Positions 35,004 through 52,199 of a DNA stretch of 64,000 nt are shown in pieces. Below the pieces are notes generated by a model that did no database searches, had not been told where the DNA came from, and worked only from the letters and a program-made list of their open reading frames with translations. Numbering within the stretch: the first letter of the stretch is position 1; each line of letters starts with the position of its first letter. A program made the position numbers and the translations under genes. The DNA is taken from NCBI RefSeq assembly GCF_009914755.1, contig NC_060930.1. One strand, written 5' to 3'. The stretch comes from the human T2T-CHM13v2.0 reference genome, Homo sapiens.

Positions 35004-37987
35004 TTAAAAATTGAACAAATTTAGGCTGGGCACAGTGGCTCACGCCTGTAATCCCAGCACTTTGGGAGGCTGAGGCGGGCGGATCACGAGGTCAGGAGAT
35101 CGAGACCATCCTGGCCAACATGGTGAAACTCCATCTCTACTAAAAAAACAATACAAAAATTAGCTGGGCGTGGTGGCAGGCACCTGTAATTCCAGCTACT
35201 CGGGAGGCTGAGGCAGGAGAATCACTTGAACCTGGGAGGTGGAGGTTGCATTGAGCCTACATTGTGCCACTGTACTCTAACCTGGCGACAGAGTAAGACT
35301 CTGTCTCAAAAAAAAAAAAAAAAAATTGAGCAAATTTACATGTTCGCACTATCAGAAAAAAAAAAAATTTCTCCAGGTGTACCAGGAGGACTTTCTAATT
35401 TTTCTGTTGTAGATGCTTTTCTTTGGCCATTTGTTCAGTTGCTAAATATTTTTCAGCGTGAGGATCTTCTTAATATTATTCGTGAATTCAACCAATATGC
35501 ATATGCCAACTAGGCCAGGCACTGTACTAGGTGCCAGGAGTCATCAGCTGTGAATTTGAAACTGACTGCTCTCATGGAGCTTACAGTAACGTAGGAGATG
35601 CAAAGACCAAGATGAATAGGCAGTTATAGGGTAGTGTTCAGACTCGCGGTAGGGAGCCAGGCATTGAAGTGATCAGAATTACATTTCAGAAAGATAACTC
35701 TAGCTGTTATGTAGAGACTAGCCTGGGAAGGGACAAAAGTCGAGTCAGAAACAGGAAGTGGTTATAGCAATTCAAGGATGAAATGATGGTCTGCATTAAG
35801 GCAGTGTTAGTAAGGATAGAGAGAAGTGGGTGGATAGCTACATCTAAAATACTGTCACTGTTTTCTGGGAATTATCATCTAAAAAGTTCCCTAGTCAACT
35901 TCTTGCCAGGCTACGTGATTTCTGTTCTTTCAAACTTTCCGTTTTTGTTTTTGTTTTGTTTTATTTTGTTTTGTTTTGATACAGTCTCTCTCTGTCACCC
36001 AGGCTGGAGTGCAGTGGCATGATCTCTGCTCACTGCAGCCTCAACCTCCTGGGCTCAAGCGATCCCCCCTGCCTCAGCCTTCTGAGTAGCTGGGACCACA
36101 GGGTGTGCCACCATACTCAGCTGATTTTCTTGTTTTTTTTGTAGACAAGGGGTTTTGCCATGTTGCCCAGGCTGGTCTCGGACTCCTGAGCTCAAGCGTT
36201 CCACCCACCTCAGCCTCCCAAAGTGCTGGGATTACAGGCTTGAGCCACCAGCCTCAAACTTTCTTCAGGATTACTTTAACTCATTATAATACTTTCCTAG
36301 GAACCTTCTCTTGTGTCTCACCAGCTTTCCACCTTTCTTACTGAGGAATAATCCAGAGCTAATTGCGGTGCTCTGATGAGGGTGAGATCCCATTTTTGCT
36401 GAGGAGATGTGGCAGAAACTGTATTTTTAAAAATGAGAATTAGTGGACATGTGGAATTCTAGTACCAAGTAAAGATCCAAACTTGAATGTAGACTTGAGT
36501 CTTTTTACACTTGGAAAGATGTCACTTGTAATTTTGGTGGATTAATAGAAGGGGAGACAATGCCAGATCTATAGGCCAGAGACCTAGAATCTGTGGAATT
36601 GTGTTCATGACTATGGACATGTAATAGTTGTATTAGTTGCTACAGAAAGTTAATAGTTCTTAAGTATTATTTTATTTTAAATAAATAATTTATATGTAAA
36701 AATATTTTGTTAATCTTCTGGTAAAAGTTTTATTTTTATTTATTTATAGATATTTTTGAGACAGAGTCTTGCTCTGTCACCCAGGCTGGAGTGCAGTGAT
36801 GCGATCTTGGCTCACTGCACCTCCGCCTCCTGGGTTCAAGTGATTCTCCTGCCTCAGCCTCCCGCATAGCTGGGACTACAGGCACGCACCACGAGGCCCG
36901 GCTAATTTTTGTATTTTTAGTAGAGACGGGGTTTCACTGTGTTGACCAGGCTGGTCTCAAACTCCTGACATCAAGTGATCCACCCGCCTCAGCCTCCAAA
37001 ACTGCTGGAATTACAGGTGTGAGCCACCACACCCAGACTATTTTTGTTTTTAGTAGTCACAAGAGTTAGTGTAATTGGTCCATCTTTAGTTTGTGAAACT
37101 GAGGAATGTTCAAGTTTATTATTCCATAAGCTCTTTGTTTATTGATGTCTTCTTAAAGTGCCTTGCATCTATGAAAAAGATGTTAGGAATTGACTGCATT
37201 TCCAAGACTGACAGTATTGGTGCTAAGGGATCCAATTGATCCCGTGTTCCATATTCTATATTGTTCCTTTTTAATCTCTTTACATATGTTCCAGTATTGT
37301 GACATACATTACATCCTTAAAAGCAGGGATATATTCTGTTACTTTTGGAATTCTTTTTGTCTCTCATAGTGCTTCGTACAAAGCAAATTGTACAACACTT
37401 TTATTACCTTGGAAGATCCATGAAATTATTAGAAAACGTTCATGGATTTTGATTGTTGTTTCCTTATAGTATATCTTTTCATTTATTCTTGGTAAAGAAT
37501 GTATAAGACTAAATGTTAGTATCATAGAGTTAATAAAATCTAATAAATAATTAAGTTATGTATAATTATATACTAGTAGAAATATATACAGTTATTAACC
37601 TAATGAATATATTTAGCATAGTATATAGCAATTTTAAAGAGCCTTTCTAAAAATTTAGTACATACTATTTTTTATTGTAAATGATCTATACATGTAAGTC
37701 AGATAAAGAAATGGTCATACAGAATTTTGAACATTGGGGAAAATTTAATAACTTGAAAGTTACATGGATTTTAGAGTATTAGGCTTTTAAAAAATTGTGC
37801 ACGCGCTGGCAGCAAGTTTTTGTTTTTCCCTAGCACCCCTAATTTTAAAATTCAGGTCTATAAACCTAATTTCTTTTCCTTTTTTAAAGTATTTTTTAGA
37901 CAGAGAGGATAGTTGGAAAAATGGTACCTATGTTGTTGAGGGGGCATTAATTTATTTACAGTATACTTAATGTCTTGCAGCAGGTAA

Positions 37988-38209
<222 letters not shown>

Positions 38210-38319
38210 TAGCCAGGATGGTCTCGATCTCCTGACCTCATGATCCGCCCGCCTTGGCCTCCCAAAGTGCTGGGATTACAGGTGTGAGCCACTGCCCCTG
38301 GCCAAATTGTAGTAAATTA

Positions 38320-38683
<364 letters not shown>

Positions 38684-39988
38684 TCATATTCTAAAAAGCA
38701 GAAGTGAATTTTACTTTATGAATAGAGCACTTTGCAAATAATTCTTTGTTGACCAAATATTTTAATGCCTGCATGAGTTAAGTAAAAGCTGTTCTATGAG
38801 AATTATAACATTGTTATTTGGAAGAATATATTAAGAGGAAGCAGACTTATGATTTGTCATTTAATAGATAATCCAATATTATAGGATAAAGGCAGCTTAT
38901 TGGAGAAATAATTTTAAAAATATTTTCTTGCACAATTTACAAAATTTAGTTTAAAAAAATTGTCCAGTAATTTACCCCCACTTACTTGTGAAATTATGAG
39001 CTCTTTATTTCTTCTTCCCTTCAAATTTATCTTAACAACTTTTTCAAAACTTTTAACTTTAATTTTTATTGCCGACAAGTTGCTAGGATAGTACAAATAA
39101 CTCCTAAATCTCTTCATCCAGAGTCATCAATTATTATCATTTTTCTACATTTCTTTCCCCTCTTTCTATATATACATATATGTAATTTTTTTCCTTTTTC
39201 TTAAACCACTTGAGACTTAATTATCAATATCATGCTTCTTTACCCCTAAAGTTCTTGTTTTTGTCACTCACATTACCTTCAGCTATGAGGCTTGTGGGCT
39301 TCTCTCGTGGTTTTATTCATTTTTTCACTTTTAACAGTTTTACTGAGGTATAACTGAGATACCATACAGTTTATTTTAGACTGCATTTTTATTCCTTCCT
39401 TCCTCTCACTGGCAGTTGCTGGTACAGTGCTGCACCTGGCTGAGCGAATGGTTTCTTTTGGAGCTGATAAAGCTGCCTTATGAAATCAGCTGACAGGTAT
39501 ATTATACCTACAGATGATGCCTTTTCTCTCAGAGCGCTTGGGTTGAGATTGACCCACTCCACAATTGCTAGTGGACATTCTGAGCAAAAGACCACATTTC
39601 TGTCCAATTTTGTGAATGTAACTATCAACTCATTTGAACTCTAAAACACTTAAGTTGTCATTTTACTATAGTGTAAAGATGACCGTAGATCTAAAAGATA
39701 TTTTTTCTGAATTTTGACATTGAAGGAAGAAATCTATTTTTAGAAATCAAAAATGAAGAACTCACGCCCTTTAGGTTGCATACTTGGTTCTGGAGTGGCA
39801 TGGAAGATGTTTGGAATGGCTGACCCTCTGTTGCTTTCACTTGGGTTGTTTGCATTTTTATTTTTTAAATATATTGCTTGGTGATCAGCGCATTTTTATT
39901 GACTTAATAGTTGTGTCTAAACTATTATAAAGCCAAATTGGGTAGTGTGTAACTCCTACTAATGTATTTCTCTCTTTTTTCCTCACAG

Positions 39989-40001
39989 GGATGAATTGTA
40001 A
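39989..40001 (+). CDS. PCMT1: PCMT1 exon 8 coding part, -RDEL isoform
   Basis: cctcacag|G GAT GAA TTG TAA; joined to TCC AG (31739) it reads S-R-D-E-L-stop. Confidence 0.95.
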
Positions 40002-40790
40002 AAGCAACATCAGCTTGACCAGTATAAAATTACAGTGGATTGCTCATCTCAGTCCTCAAAGCTTTTTGAAAACCAACACCATCACAGCTTGTTTTGGACT
40101 TTGTTACACTGTTATTTTCAGCATGAAAATGTGTGTTTTTTTAGGGTTTCTGATTCTTCAAAGAGGCACAGAGCCAAATTGGTAGAGGAAGGATGCAAAG
40201 TATAAATTTGTGTAATATTACTTTAACATGCCCATATTTTACTTGGAAATATTAAAAGAAAGGGTTCTGTAAAATGGAAAACTTAGTTTGTGAATTGATT
40301 TTGAGGAGTGGTTTTTCTTTTCTTGGACGCTTAATTCTGTTCTGATATTAATTTATCAGATTGCTTTTGTGCATTGGATAACACCACCATTCACAAGTTA
40401 AGATTCTTGGTATTTGGATATCTGTTAGATGCTACTAAGAAAATAGAGATGAGCTTTCTTTTTAAAGCTTTTGATGTGGTGTCATAGAATAGCATGTTGT
40501 AGATACAATCAGCTGCTTTGTTACCTTAAAACTAGGCATTTGTAAATATTAAACCTTAAGATGGCAGGTGATGTCCTGTAAACACTCAGCTGTTCAGATT
40601 GGACATAACTGACTTAGTTCTTCCCTTCTCTCTCTCTCAAAATTATAGGAGACTTGTAGTTTAGTGTGGTTTTCTGTTTCTAATTTGCTGCTGATAATGT
40701 ATATGAACTTAACATGCTGTGTAAGCTGTGTCCTAGTTCTTGAACAGTTTATGCAGTGCTGCTTTGCCAAATAAAGTTAAAAGTAAAAGA
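40002..40790 (+). other. PCMT1: PCMT1 3' UTR (terminal exon; 3' end approximate)
   Basis: AT-rich, non-repetitive sequence after the stop; ATTAAA at 40251-40256 and AATAAA at 40770-40775 followed by a GT-rich tract near 40796-40807. Confidence 0.85.
40770..40775 (+). terminator. PCMT1: PCMT1 distal polyadenylation signal AATAAA
   Basis: Canonical hexamer with a downstream U/GU-rich element. Confidence 0.8.
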
Positions 40791-41402
40791 GGCATTGGTT
40801 GTTTTTGAATATAGAAGGAAGAACAGCAAGTCCACCAGATAGGGAGTGTTTACGATCATGGGAAAAAGACTGTTTCTCTGGTTGTTTCCTTTTGCGAAGT
40901 CTGAGTAAGTAATTAGCATTAATCCAACTGTACATTGTAGAATGTGACTACACTGCTCCAGGGCCAGGACCGTACTTCAGTCGTCATTTCTCTTTGACTC
41001 CCTAGCCCAGGGCTTGCCCTGTAGTAGCTATACAGTAAATGCTGGTGAGTGAGTGAGTGGTGAATGAATCGACTTAAAGTCAGGAAAGAACAGGATTGAG
41101 GGTGAACAGACCAAAACCCATCTCTCACCTATACAAAGATTTATTAATATAATGACTATAGCTGAATTTCTAAGAAGGCAGTAGCACTTTGGGATCTTAT
41201 TTAAATGTTGTGATTTATAACTTTTATAAGAAGTAGTTCTGGAACTGAGGAAATATAAGCTCCAGAATGAGCAGAATCAGCACTCCCAGCAAAGCCCTTC
41301 TACTGGGTGCATGTGTGGGTGCGTAATTCTGGCAAAGAACCTTCGTGGGCATGTGAACACTCCCCCCAGCTCTTGAAAAAAGTCTTAAATATTACTTCTT
41401 TA

Positions 41403-41752
<350 letters not shown>

Positions 41753-41926
41753 TCACAAGTGCCTCTTCTTGGGTAAGGTCTTAGACACAGGAAACTAGCA
41801 TTATTTGGTGCCCAAAACTTGAGAGTTTAAATTTATTATTGGCTTCAGTTTGCTGCTGTTAATTGCTTCCATACTCAGGCCATGAATCCCTGTGGTCCAG
41901 GACTAGTCCATTTTAAATAGTTGTAA

Positions 41927-42109
<183 letters not shown>

Positions 42110-42863
42110 TAATTTTTTGTATTTTTAGTACAGATGGGGTTTCACTGTGTTAGCCAGGGTGGTCTCGATCTCCTGACCTTGTGATCCCCCAACCTCGGCC
42201 TCCCAAAATGCTGGGATTACAGGCGTGAGCCGCCACGCCCAGCCAAGGTCAGATATTCCTTACAACTGAAGTTAATTCTTAAATGTATCCACTGGTCTGT
42301 GTCTTTCATAGCCATTACCAACATTTTACTATATATGAGTCTCTATGTTTGGTTTTGGGAATAGAAAAGGGCCCTTACTCTCAAAAGTGTGAAGTCTGTT
42401 TGAGGAGACAATTATATAAATATGACAAGACAAACTTAAGTGCCACCTGATTAGTACAGACAGTGCTATGCCTTCAGCATTGTTCAAGCACTGCTCTTGG
42501 ACTTTACATGTTTATGAATTAAAATTGTAGAATGTTGAATAAACAGGAATGGGCTTTAAGGGAGCATGAATAAATGGGTAGAAACGGAAATAATGGATTT
42601 TAGCTAGGCCTAAGAGTTTTTTTTTCTGTAAGATGTGTGTGTGTGTGTGTACAGGTTACAGGCAAGAAAAGTCTCCTTAATCTTTAGTATTCATAATTTC
42701 TAAAACATTTCCTTATGTCATTTTCCTTAATAGACATGATTCCTTTACATAATATGAAGGGCAACAATGAAAACATTTCAAAAAGTTTCAGTCTAGTGAG
42801 ATCATGTTGAAATGAGATTTTTTCTACAGATTTGGTTTTATTAAAGGCCAAATCAAGCTCTCA

Positions 42864-43186
<323 letters not shown>

Positions 43187-43428
43187 TTAAAAACTCTTTT
43201 CCTCCACCCTTCTAATAAAAACCTAAGAAGCCTATCTCTTAAAACAAAAACCACTTATATAATCTAAGCCTGAATTATGAATATCAGCTTTTTATTGAGG
43301 GTTTCTTTTTTTTGAGTGCAATGGTGTGATCTCAGCTTACTGCAACCGTCACCTCCGGGGTTCAAGCAATTCTGCCTCAGCCTCCCAAGTAGCTGAGATT
43401 ACAGGCAGACGCCACCACACCCGGCTAA

Positions 43429-43623
<195 letters not shown>

Positions 43624-44662
43624 TAATCCATTAACATTGTTCATGCAAGTGTTTTAAATTCCACTGCCCTAATTTTAAATACTGCCATTGTTCAAAAAAA
43701 GTTCACTGTGCAGTGGTGCGATCTCGGCTCACTGCAACCTCTACCTCCTGGGTTCAAGTGATTCTCCTGCCTCAGCCTTCCACGTCACCATGCCCAGCTA
43801 ATTTTTTGTATTTTTAGTAGATACGGGGTTTCACTGGGTTAGCCAAGATGGTCTCCATCTCCTGACCCTGGGATCTGCCTGCCTTGGCCTCCCAAAGTGT
43901 TGGGATTACAGGCGTGAGCCACCGTCCCTGGCCCACTGAACTTTTAAAATTGGTATATAATGTACCTCTATTAAAGCATCTTAAAAATTCAATTGATCTA
44001 AAATAGACTGACATCTTTGAGTAATAATGCTCATGAATTTTTGAAGCTATTCTTGGTGTGTGATTGTCAGCCAGGAAACAGCTGCTTAGTTTTGTTTCAT
44101 TAGCCAGGTGGGTATTTTTGGTTTTCAGCTAAATGTTAACAAATTTTCAATAGTTTGATATTTTACTAAAATATATGAGTATGGTAACTGAACACTAATA
44201 TTGTAAATGAACTAATGGATTATTTTTAGTGTTCTAAATGGGGTTCAGAGGCTAATACATTATTTTAGGTAAGTGCTAACATTCTTCTAGGTATAAATCA
44301 TTGCCTACAACTTATTGTGTTCTTAAAGAACTGAACAGTAAAACAAATGGGTTCTGATTGGATTTCAGTTGGATCTCTGGATTCCTCTGACCATTTTCCA
44401 GAAAGATGAGTGTTGTGTTCTCACTGAACCTAGCACGTGGCTCAAATAGAGGGCTGGTGAAAGAATCCCACTTGAAGAAAACCAGCTGACCCAAGGGGCC
44501 AAGGAATGTTTGTGTATTGTAATATGATAAAAAGGAAATCAGGCCGGGTGGGGTGGCTCACGCCTTTAATCCCAGCACTTTGGGAGGCCGAGGTGGGTGG
44601 ATCACCTGAGGTTAGGAGTTCAAGACCAGCCTGACCAACATGGCGAAACCCCATCTCTACTA

Positions 44663-44818
<156 letters not shown>

Positions 44819-44899
44819 TCAAAAAAAACAAAAAAGAGGGAATCAAGTCCAATAATTTCCTTATCCTTAATCCTTCTAATATCATTGCTACAATAATGA

Positions 44900-45178
<279 letters not shown>

Positions 45179-45661
45179 TGATCCTCCCACCTCAGCCTCC
45201 CAAAATGCTGGGATTACAGGCGTGAGCCACCATGCCCAGCCCCAGCTTCATCTTTTTAACTGACTTTGTGTTGTTTCAGTCAGGAATCTCTGTGAAACGG
45301 CCCTTTGCTTGCTGGGAGAGAAAATAGAGTAAAATCTAACTTTCAGTTCCCATATAGTACTGTGCTGTGCTAGGGGGCCCTCAGAACCTCTGAGGCATGC
45401 TTCTGTCTGTCCCTCCTCTCACCCCCCTGTTTTTCCTCATCTTTCCACCTCCCTGGCAGGAAAAAAGTTAAAGCTGTGGTCTCACAGATTGCAGTTCATG
45501 GTTCTGATTTCTTTTTCTATACACAAATCTCTAGATCATATATTTACAGATTTATCAAGATCTCTAGTTTCATCTGTAGAACTGTTTTGTTTATATGTAA
45601 GAACTCTTTTGATTCATTTGGATTTTGAGTATTTGGTCATATGAAATGACTATGAAAATGA

Positions 45662-46171
<510 letters not shown>

Positions 46172-47142
46172 TAATTTTGTATTTTTAGTAATTTTTGTAT
46201 TTTTAGTCTCACCATTTTGGCCAGGCTGGTCTCAAACTCCTGACCTCAGGCGATCTGCCCACCTCGCCTCTCGAAGTGTTGGGATTACAAGCATGATCCA
46301 CTGCACCTGGTCCAATTTCCCTAAGCTATTTTTGTAAAAGTTAACATTATTTTTGTATTAAAATATTTTGAGAAGTTTCCTAAATTTTGAAATAACTTCA
46401 TAAAAGGATTTAAGCTGAATAATATTATAAATTGATCTCTTTCCAATTTGCAGGGTGATGACATAAGATTTTAAAAACTGATGTGATTTGAGAATTAAAA
46501 TAAGTAGGAAGGAAGATATGCTTAGACCTAAATATGGGAAATATAGGAGAAGGCTCAGTTCTAACCAGTCAATTCCCAAAAACATTCAGCTTTGGGATGT
46601 CGAACCTTATTTTTGTCCTTGGTGGTTTTCTGTTTAGCTGGAGAATCTGTGTTTATCCACTAAAGTAGCTATAACTTAAAATATTCATTTTATTTTTAGA
46701 ATACTAGAATCCAGTAGGTCGGAAAATGGGGACAGGAACAGAAAAGTCTGCAACACAGATGCTTAAAAAGCCAACGAGACGAGAAATTTGTGAATGGCAA
46801 ACTGCAAACTAAGCTTCTCCCTCTTTGTATTCAGCTTGGGCAGTTCTTTGTTAGAAATTCTCATTCAATTTTAATCTGAAAAGTTGTAGATAACCTGGAG
46901 TCCAGAAAACAAAACATTAAAGTAATTCTGCTAGGAATAAAGTGGCATAATCCATTTTGAGAGAGTAAGCCAAAACATGAAATTGTTTTGAGATGCTATA
47001 GTTGAATTTAACAAGGAGCCCAAATTACGGAATCTCAGGCTCAGATGCTGTGTTAAGAGGCATCATCAACATGATGTTGAGGGAACATCTGAAGGTAAGG
47101 ATGGTGGCTTGTGTTCTGGGGCACAGCACACCTGTTTGTTTA

Positions 47143-47349
<207 letters not shown>

Positions 47350-48159
47350 TTAGCTGGGCATGGTGGCGCACACCTGTAGTCCCAGCTAATCGGAGGCTGA
47401 GGCACGAGAACTGCTTGAACCTGTGAGGCGGAGGTTGCAGTGAGCTGAGGTGAGATCACGCCACTGCACTACAGCCTGGGCAACAGAGTGAGACTCGGTC
47501 CCAAAAAAAGAAAAAGAGCATCTCTATGTGTGGGTCAAAGGAAAATCTAGTAAAGGGCCATGTGAACAGCCATCAGTAACTGAAGAGAGGTGTTGCTGAG
47601 TGGCACTGAGTTGTGGGGCCAGAACACAGGTTTTGAAGTCATTGGGAGCAAGATGAAAAAAATCCTGTTATTTTCCTATGGAAGAGAATGTATTGGGTAC
47701 TCAGCTGATTTGAAACAGTAAAATGCTGTGGAAGGCTGGAGGAGTAGCTGCTATCTACTAAGAATGAAAGGAAAAAGTAAGTTTTAAGTGTTCAGGAGGA
47801 GTTAGTGAGCCTTAGGAAAAGACATGTAAAACACAAGAACATGTTTAAGAGAGAAATTGTGGACACCTTTCCCTTTAAAATTATGTTTCCATTGTCTTAG
47901 ATGCAGAACTCCTTCAATCAGATAATCTACAGGTAAGAAGATCACTTTTAAAAGTCACATTCAGTCTACCTGATATAAATATTTTGTAGACCTTGATTCT
48001 CCTTCCCTCGAGTATGCTTTATGTGGCCCTGGGCATGTCACTTTCTCTAATACTCAATTTCCCCCGTTGTAAAATAGGGTTGGTATGATTGAATCCAAAT
48101 AATGCAGTAACAGCTCAGTCAATAATAGCAACTTATGATTATATTAAAAGGAAAAAAAG

Positions 48160-49915
48160 GCTTAATAATAAAATACAATTTATTAAAGGAATCATGTTTA
48201 CATAGATACAGAACATCTTGGATATTTCAACACCATAGCAACACAAAATTAATTTCTTCATGTATAAAAGATGTGCTGAAAGCTGCATGCCTCATCAGTT
48301 TTTATTTTATTGGTTATGGCTATAGTTGACATCTTTCCATATAAAAACAAACTGCACAGCATCACATATAGAGTACAGACATCTTAAGTTCATTCACAAA
48401 GTTAATTTTTCTAAACTGCCCTTCAAAAATTTACATCTTTGCTCAATTCTAAACATTCAACAAAATTAGCTTCCCAAGAAACAAAAATGATACCCAATTT
48501 CTTTGCTTTTCTAGAAGTAACTTTCCATTTGTTCATGTATTTTGATATGTTATATTCCCCACCCGAATTAAACCCTTTGTTAAAAGAACAACCTACTTTA
48601 GGTTCAGTCTAAAAATAAAGCGTACTAGATTCTGGAGTGTTTTTCAAATATTTTAAAATATTTGCCACTTATGGTTAAAAAAAACGTGAATAAGAATATC
48701 ATGTGAGTGTAGATAGGCACCATACTATACACTCCTCTCAGAATCATTTCTAGAATGTGTATAATCCCGGCGTTAAGTGATGGTGGGAATGATTTGCCTT
48801 TAAAAGCCTACAAATTAAAAGGGGAAAGATGCTAAGCTAGATGCTGGTTTTCTGTAAAGATGAATTTGTGAAAAACTGCTTTATGGTCTAGAAATACGTA
48901 AGCCTGGCATTAGCTGATGGCACATTCTAACATTTTATAGCATTAAAAAACATCGACTCATTCCATTGGATGAAAGCCATGGTGACATTTTTACAAAAGC
49001 TGTACCCAGGAATCCACTCAACGTCCTCTCTTCAATTGTTGTTTTTCATCAACAAAGCCTATATATATATATATAAATGAGTTGCTGTGCTCTCACCATG
49101 GAGCAGTGTTGATTTGATGTAATGAAGTATTAAACTTTCTCCTTGCTCTCTTTGCCTTCAACTAAGTTTCTGTTAGTTTTTGGCATGCCAGATTCTCTGC
49201 TTCCATCTTGATTTCCTATCTCACTGCATGACCATCTTAGAGCTGTTACTAATTCAAAGTCTGGGGTTTTTTTCTCCCAAAGGTCAGTCTAAGGAGGCAG
49301 CCACCTATATGACATGACGTCAGAGGGATTAGGAAGGACCCACACTCACCTTCCCTAAGGCTTACTGACTTGTACATAAGGTTTATAATTTAGGTATACC
49401 CACCCTAAGTAACATCTGATTGAAGGCATGAACTTGCTTGAGATCCACTCTCAGAAACAGGTTTAGAGGGGAAAAGAAAAAGAATACTGGGAGCTTCAAG
49501 GAGGAAGAAAAGGGCCACAGAACAAGGGGAAGCTGGGCCTATAGCAGTCCAGCATGGTAAGGGGCCAACAGTTGGCTTCTAAAAGGTAATGGGTTAACAC
49601 AGTCATCCTAATACCACCTCCTGAGATGCTGAATTTTCTCTCAGCTAAGTACACATTTCTATTTTCAGGGACAGCTTACATAAATCAGAATTATATTTTT
49701 AGGAATCTTTAATCATGAATTCCTCTCTAAATTTCAAAATATTTTATGACTTCTAAGGAACCTTTTTTTTACAATAAATAATAAAGAAAGATTTGGGATT
49801 TGCAGAATCTTCTGGCCCAATTAAAAACAAAAGAAGCTGTAAATATCCAGAACTTAATAGATGTATAAATTATAAACAAAACATGTCCCTGCCCCAAGGT
49901 ATTGAAATTACATTA
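48160..49915 (-). other. LRP11: LRP11 3' UTR (3' end approximate)
   Basis: About 1.75 kb of Alu-free sequence after the stop; minus-strand AATAAA at 48301-48311 (tandem) and 48179-48184. Confidence 0.8.
48179..48184 (-). terminator. LRP11: LRP11 polyadenylation signal AATAAA
   Basis: TTTATT on the + strand, followed on the minus strand by U-rich sequence. Confidence 0.7.
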
Positions 49916-50070
49916 CTATAGATACATCCCATTTATGAGGTAGTCCGATTCCTCAGATGTAATGGGACGAGCTTTTTTCAGTTTCTGTTTCACCAGTCGT
50001 AGTCGGCATGCAACCATGAGAAGCAGCAGAGCAGTGATAGCCAAACCCAGCGCCAGGGGTAGCACTGCAC
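49916..50070 (-). CDS. LRP11: LRP11 last exon, coding part (transmembrane helix and cytoplasmic tail)
   Basis: Minus strand ctcaaag|GT GCA GTG...; (G)AVLPLALGLAITALLLLMVACRLRLVKQKLKKARPITSEESDYLINGMYL-TAG. Confidence 0.95.
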
Positions 50071-50274
50071 CTTTGAGAAGGTTAGACATGAAGAGGGCAA
50101 GCCAGTGATTAGTCACAGTGACAGCTACTGGTCACTATATGATACGCGCTTTGCATGCACTATTTTATTTAATCCAAACAAATTGTTATTAGTATTATCA
50201 CTATTTTGCAGATTAACTAAGGTGTACCAAGGTTAAGTAATTTGCTTATTTGCCTAGGAGGCTGTAAGTTGTAG

Positions 50275-50532
<258 letters not shown>

Positions 50533-51419
50533 TGATCCACCTGCCTCGGCCTCCCAAAGTGCTGGGATTACAGGCGTGAGCCACCGTGCCCGGCCAACAC
50601 AGACCTCTTTAAAACCAAATTCTCTACCAGCTTCCTACAAAATTTGTATGGCATCAATGGGTACACATACTACCATCTGATCACTCATATCCAACTGAAA
50701 TAGGCATTCTGATCACGAAATTTTTTTGTTGTAGTCATTGACTATATTTATGAATTCATACATGATCATTCTTCAACTAAGTATGAACTAACTCCTGATT
50801 TCTTGTTCTAGTTAGGGCTTAAGAAATTTATTTCCTTCTAAATCCAGGGAACTGACTCAGTCAGTAGAACCTTTGTTGAAAACTAACTTCCAAATATGCT
50901 GGTGTGATTTTGGACATTAAAGGAAAACATTTCTTTAGTTTTTCCTGTGAGGTGGATTCTAGACACCAGAGTAGAAGTAGCGAGGCTTGCAGGAGTCTGG
51001 AAGGACAGGGTGTGCCAATATCAGTCTTTTTTATCAAGCTTAGCAGGCTCTATTTTTAGTCTGATCTACTCTGTGGCCAGGCCAGGTCTGGAGATTATAT
51101 GGTGGAACTGTTTTTAGCTGTAGGGATCTTGCCAACTGGTAGAACTAGAGGAGAAACATCTCCTTTGTGTAGGCTCATTCTGTACCATTTGCTCTCATTT
51201 ATTCATTCATTCTGCATTCATTAAAAGCCTTCTTCCATGTGCCAGACACTGAGCTAAGTGCTGATAATCCTTTTATTTGTAAATAAATACCACCCCCCTC
51301 AAGATAAGCTAAGGCCAAGAATACCAGCTTTATAGCTTAAATCATTGAATTCTCACAACCACCACATAAGTTGGTGCTATTATTATCCCCATTTTACAAA
51401 TGAGGGAGCTAAGGCATCA

Positions 51420-51557
<138 letters not shown>

Positions 51558-52199
51558 TTATTAGCCAGTTGTGGCATGCACCTGCAGTCCCAGCTACTCG
51601 GGAGGCTGAAGTAGGAGAATCACCTGAGCCCAGAAAGTTGAGGCTGTTATGAGCCATGATCAGGCTACTGCACTCCAGCCTGGGTGACAGTGTAAGGGCC
51701 TATCTCAAAAAAAAAAAAGAGAAGTGAGGCTGGGCACAGTGGCTCATGCCTATAATCCCAATACTTAGGGAGGCTAAAGCAGAAGGATCACTTGAGTCTG
51801 GGAGGTAGAGGCTTCAGTGAGCTCTTAAACTGTACTCCAGCTTGGGTGGCAAAGTAAGATCCTGTCTTAAAAAAAAGACTGAAGTGACTTGTCTAAGATT
51901 GTTAAGTGGTAGAGCTAGCAAATAACCCCAGACAGGACAGCCCCAGAGCCTGTGGTTCTATCCACTATGGTACTCTACTTCTACAAAATGTAAATGAGAC
52001 AGTTTTTGAACGAGTAAGTCTGGGTAGACAGACATTTAAATGGGAAAAAATGCAACAAAGTGTTATACTTACTATGATAGAATTATAGATGAAGCATAGA
52101 TGTATTAATAAAATAGGTGGTCCATCTACCTGGTCTGTAGGATTTTTGCCTGAGTGATTTTGATGTATGATAGAGACTGTTGGGTGGCTGAAGGAGGTA

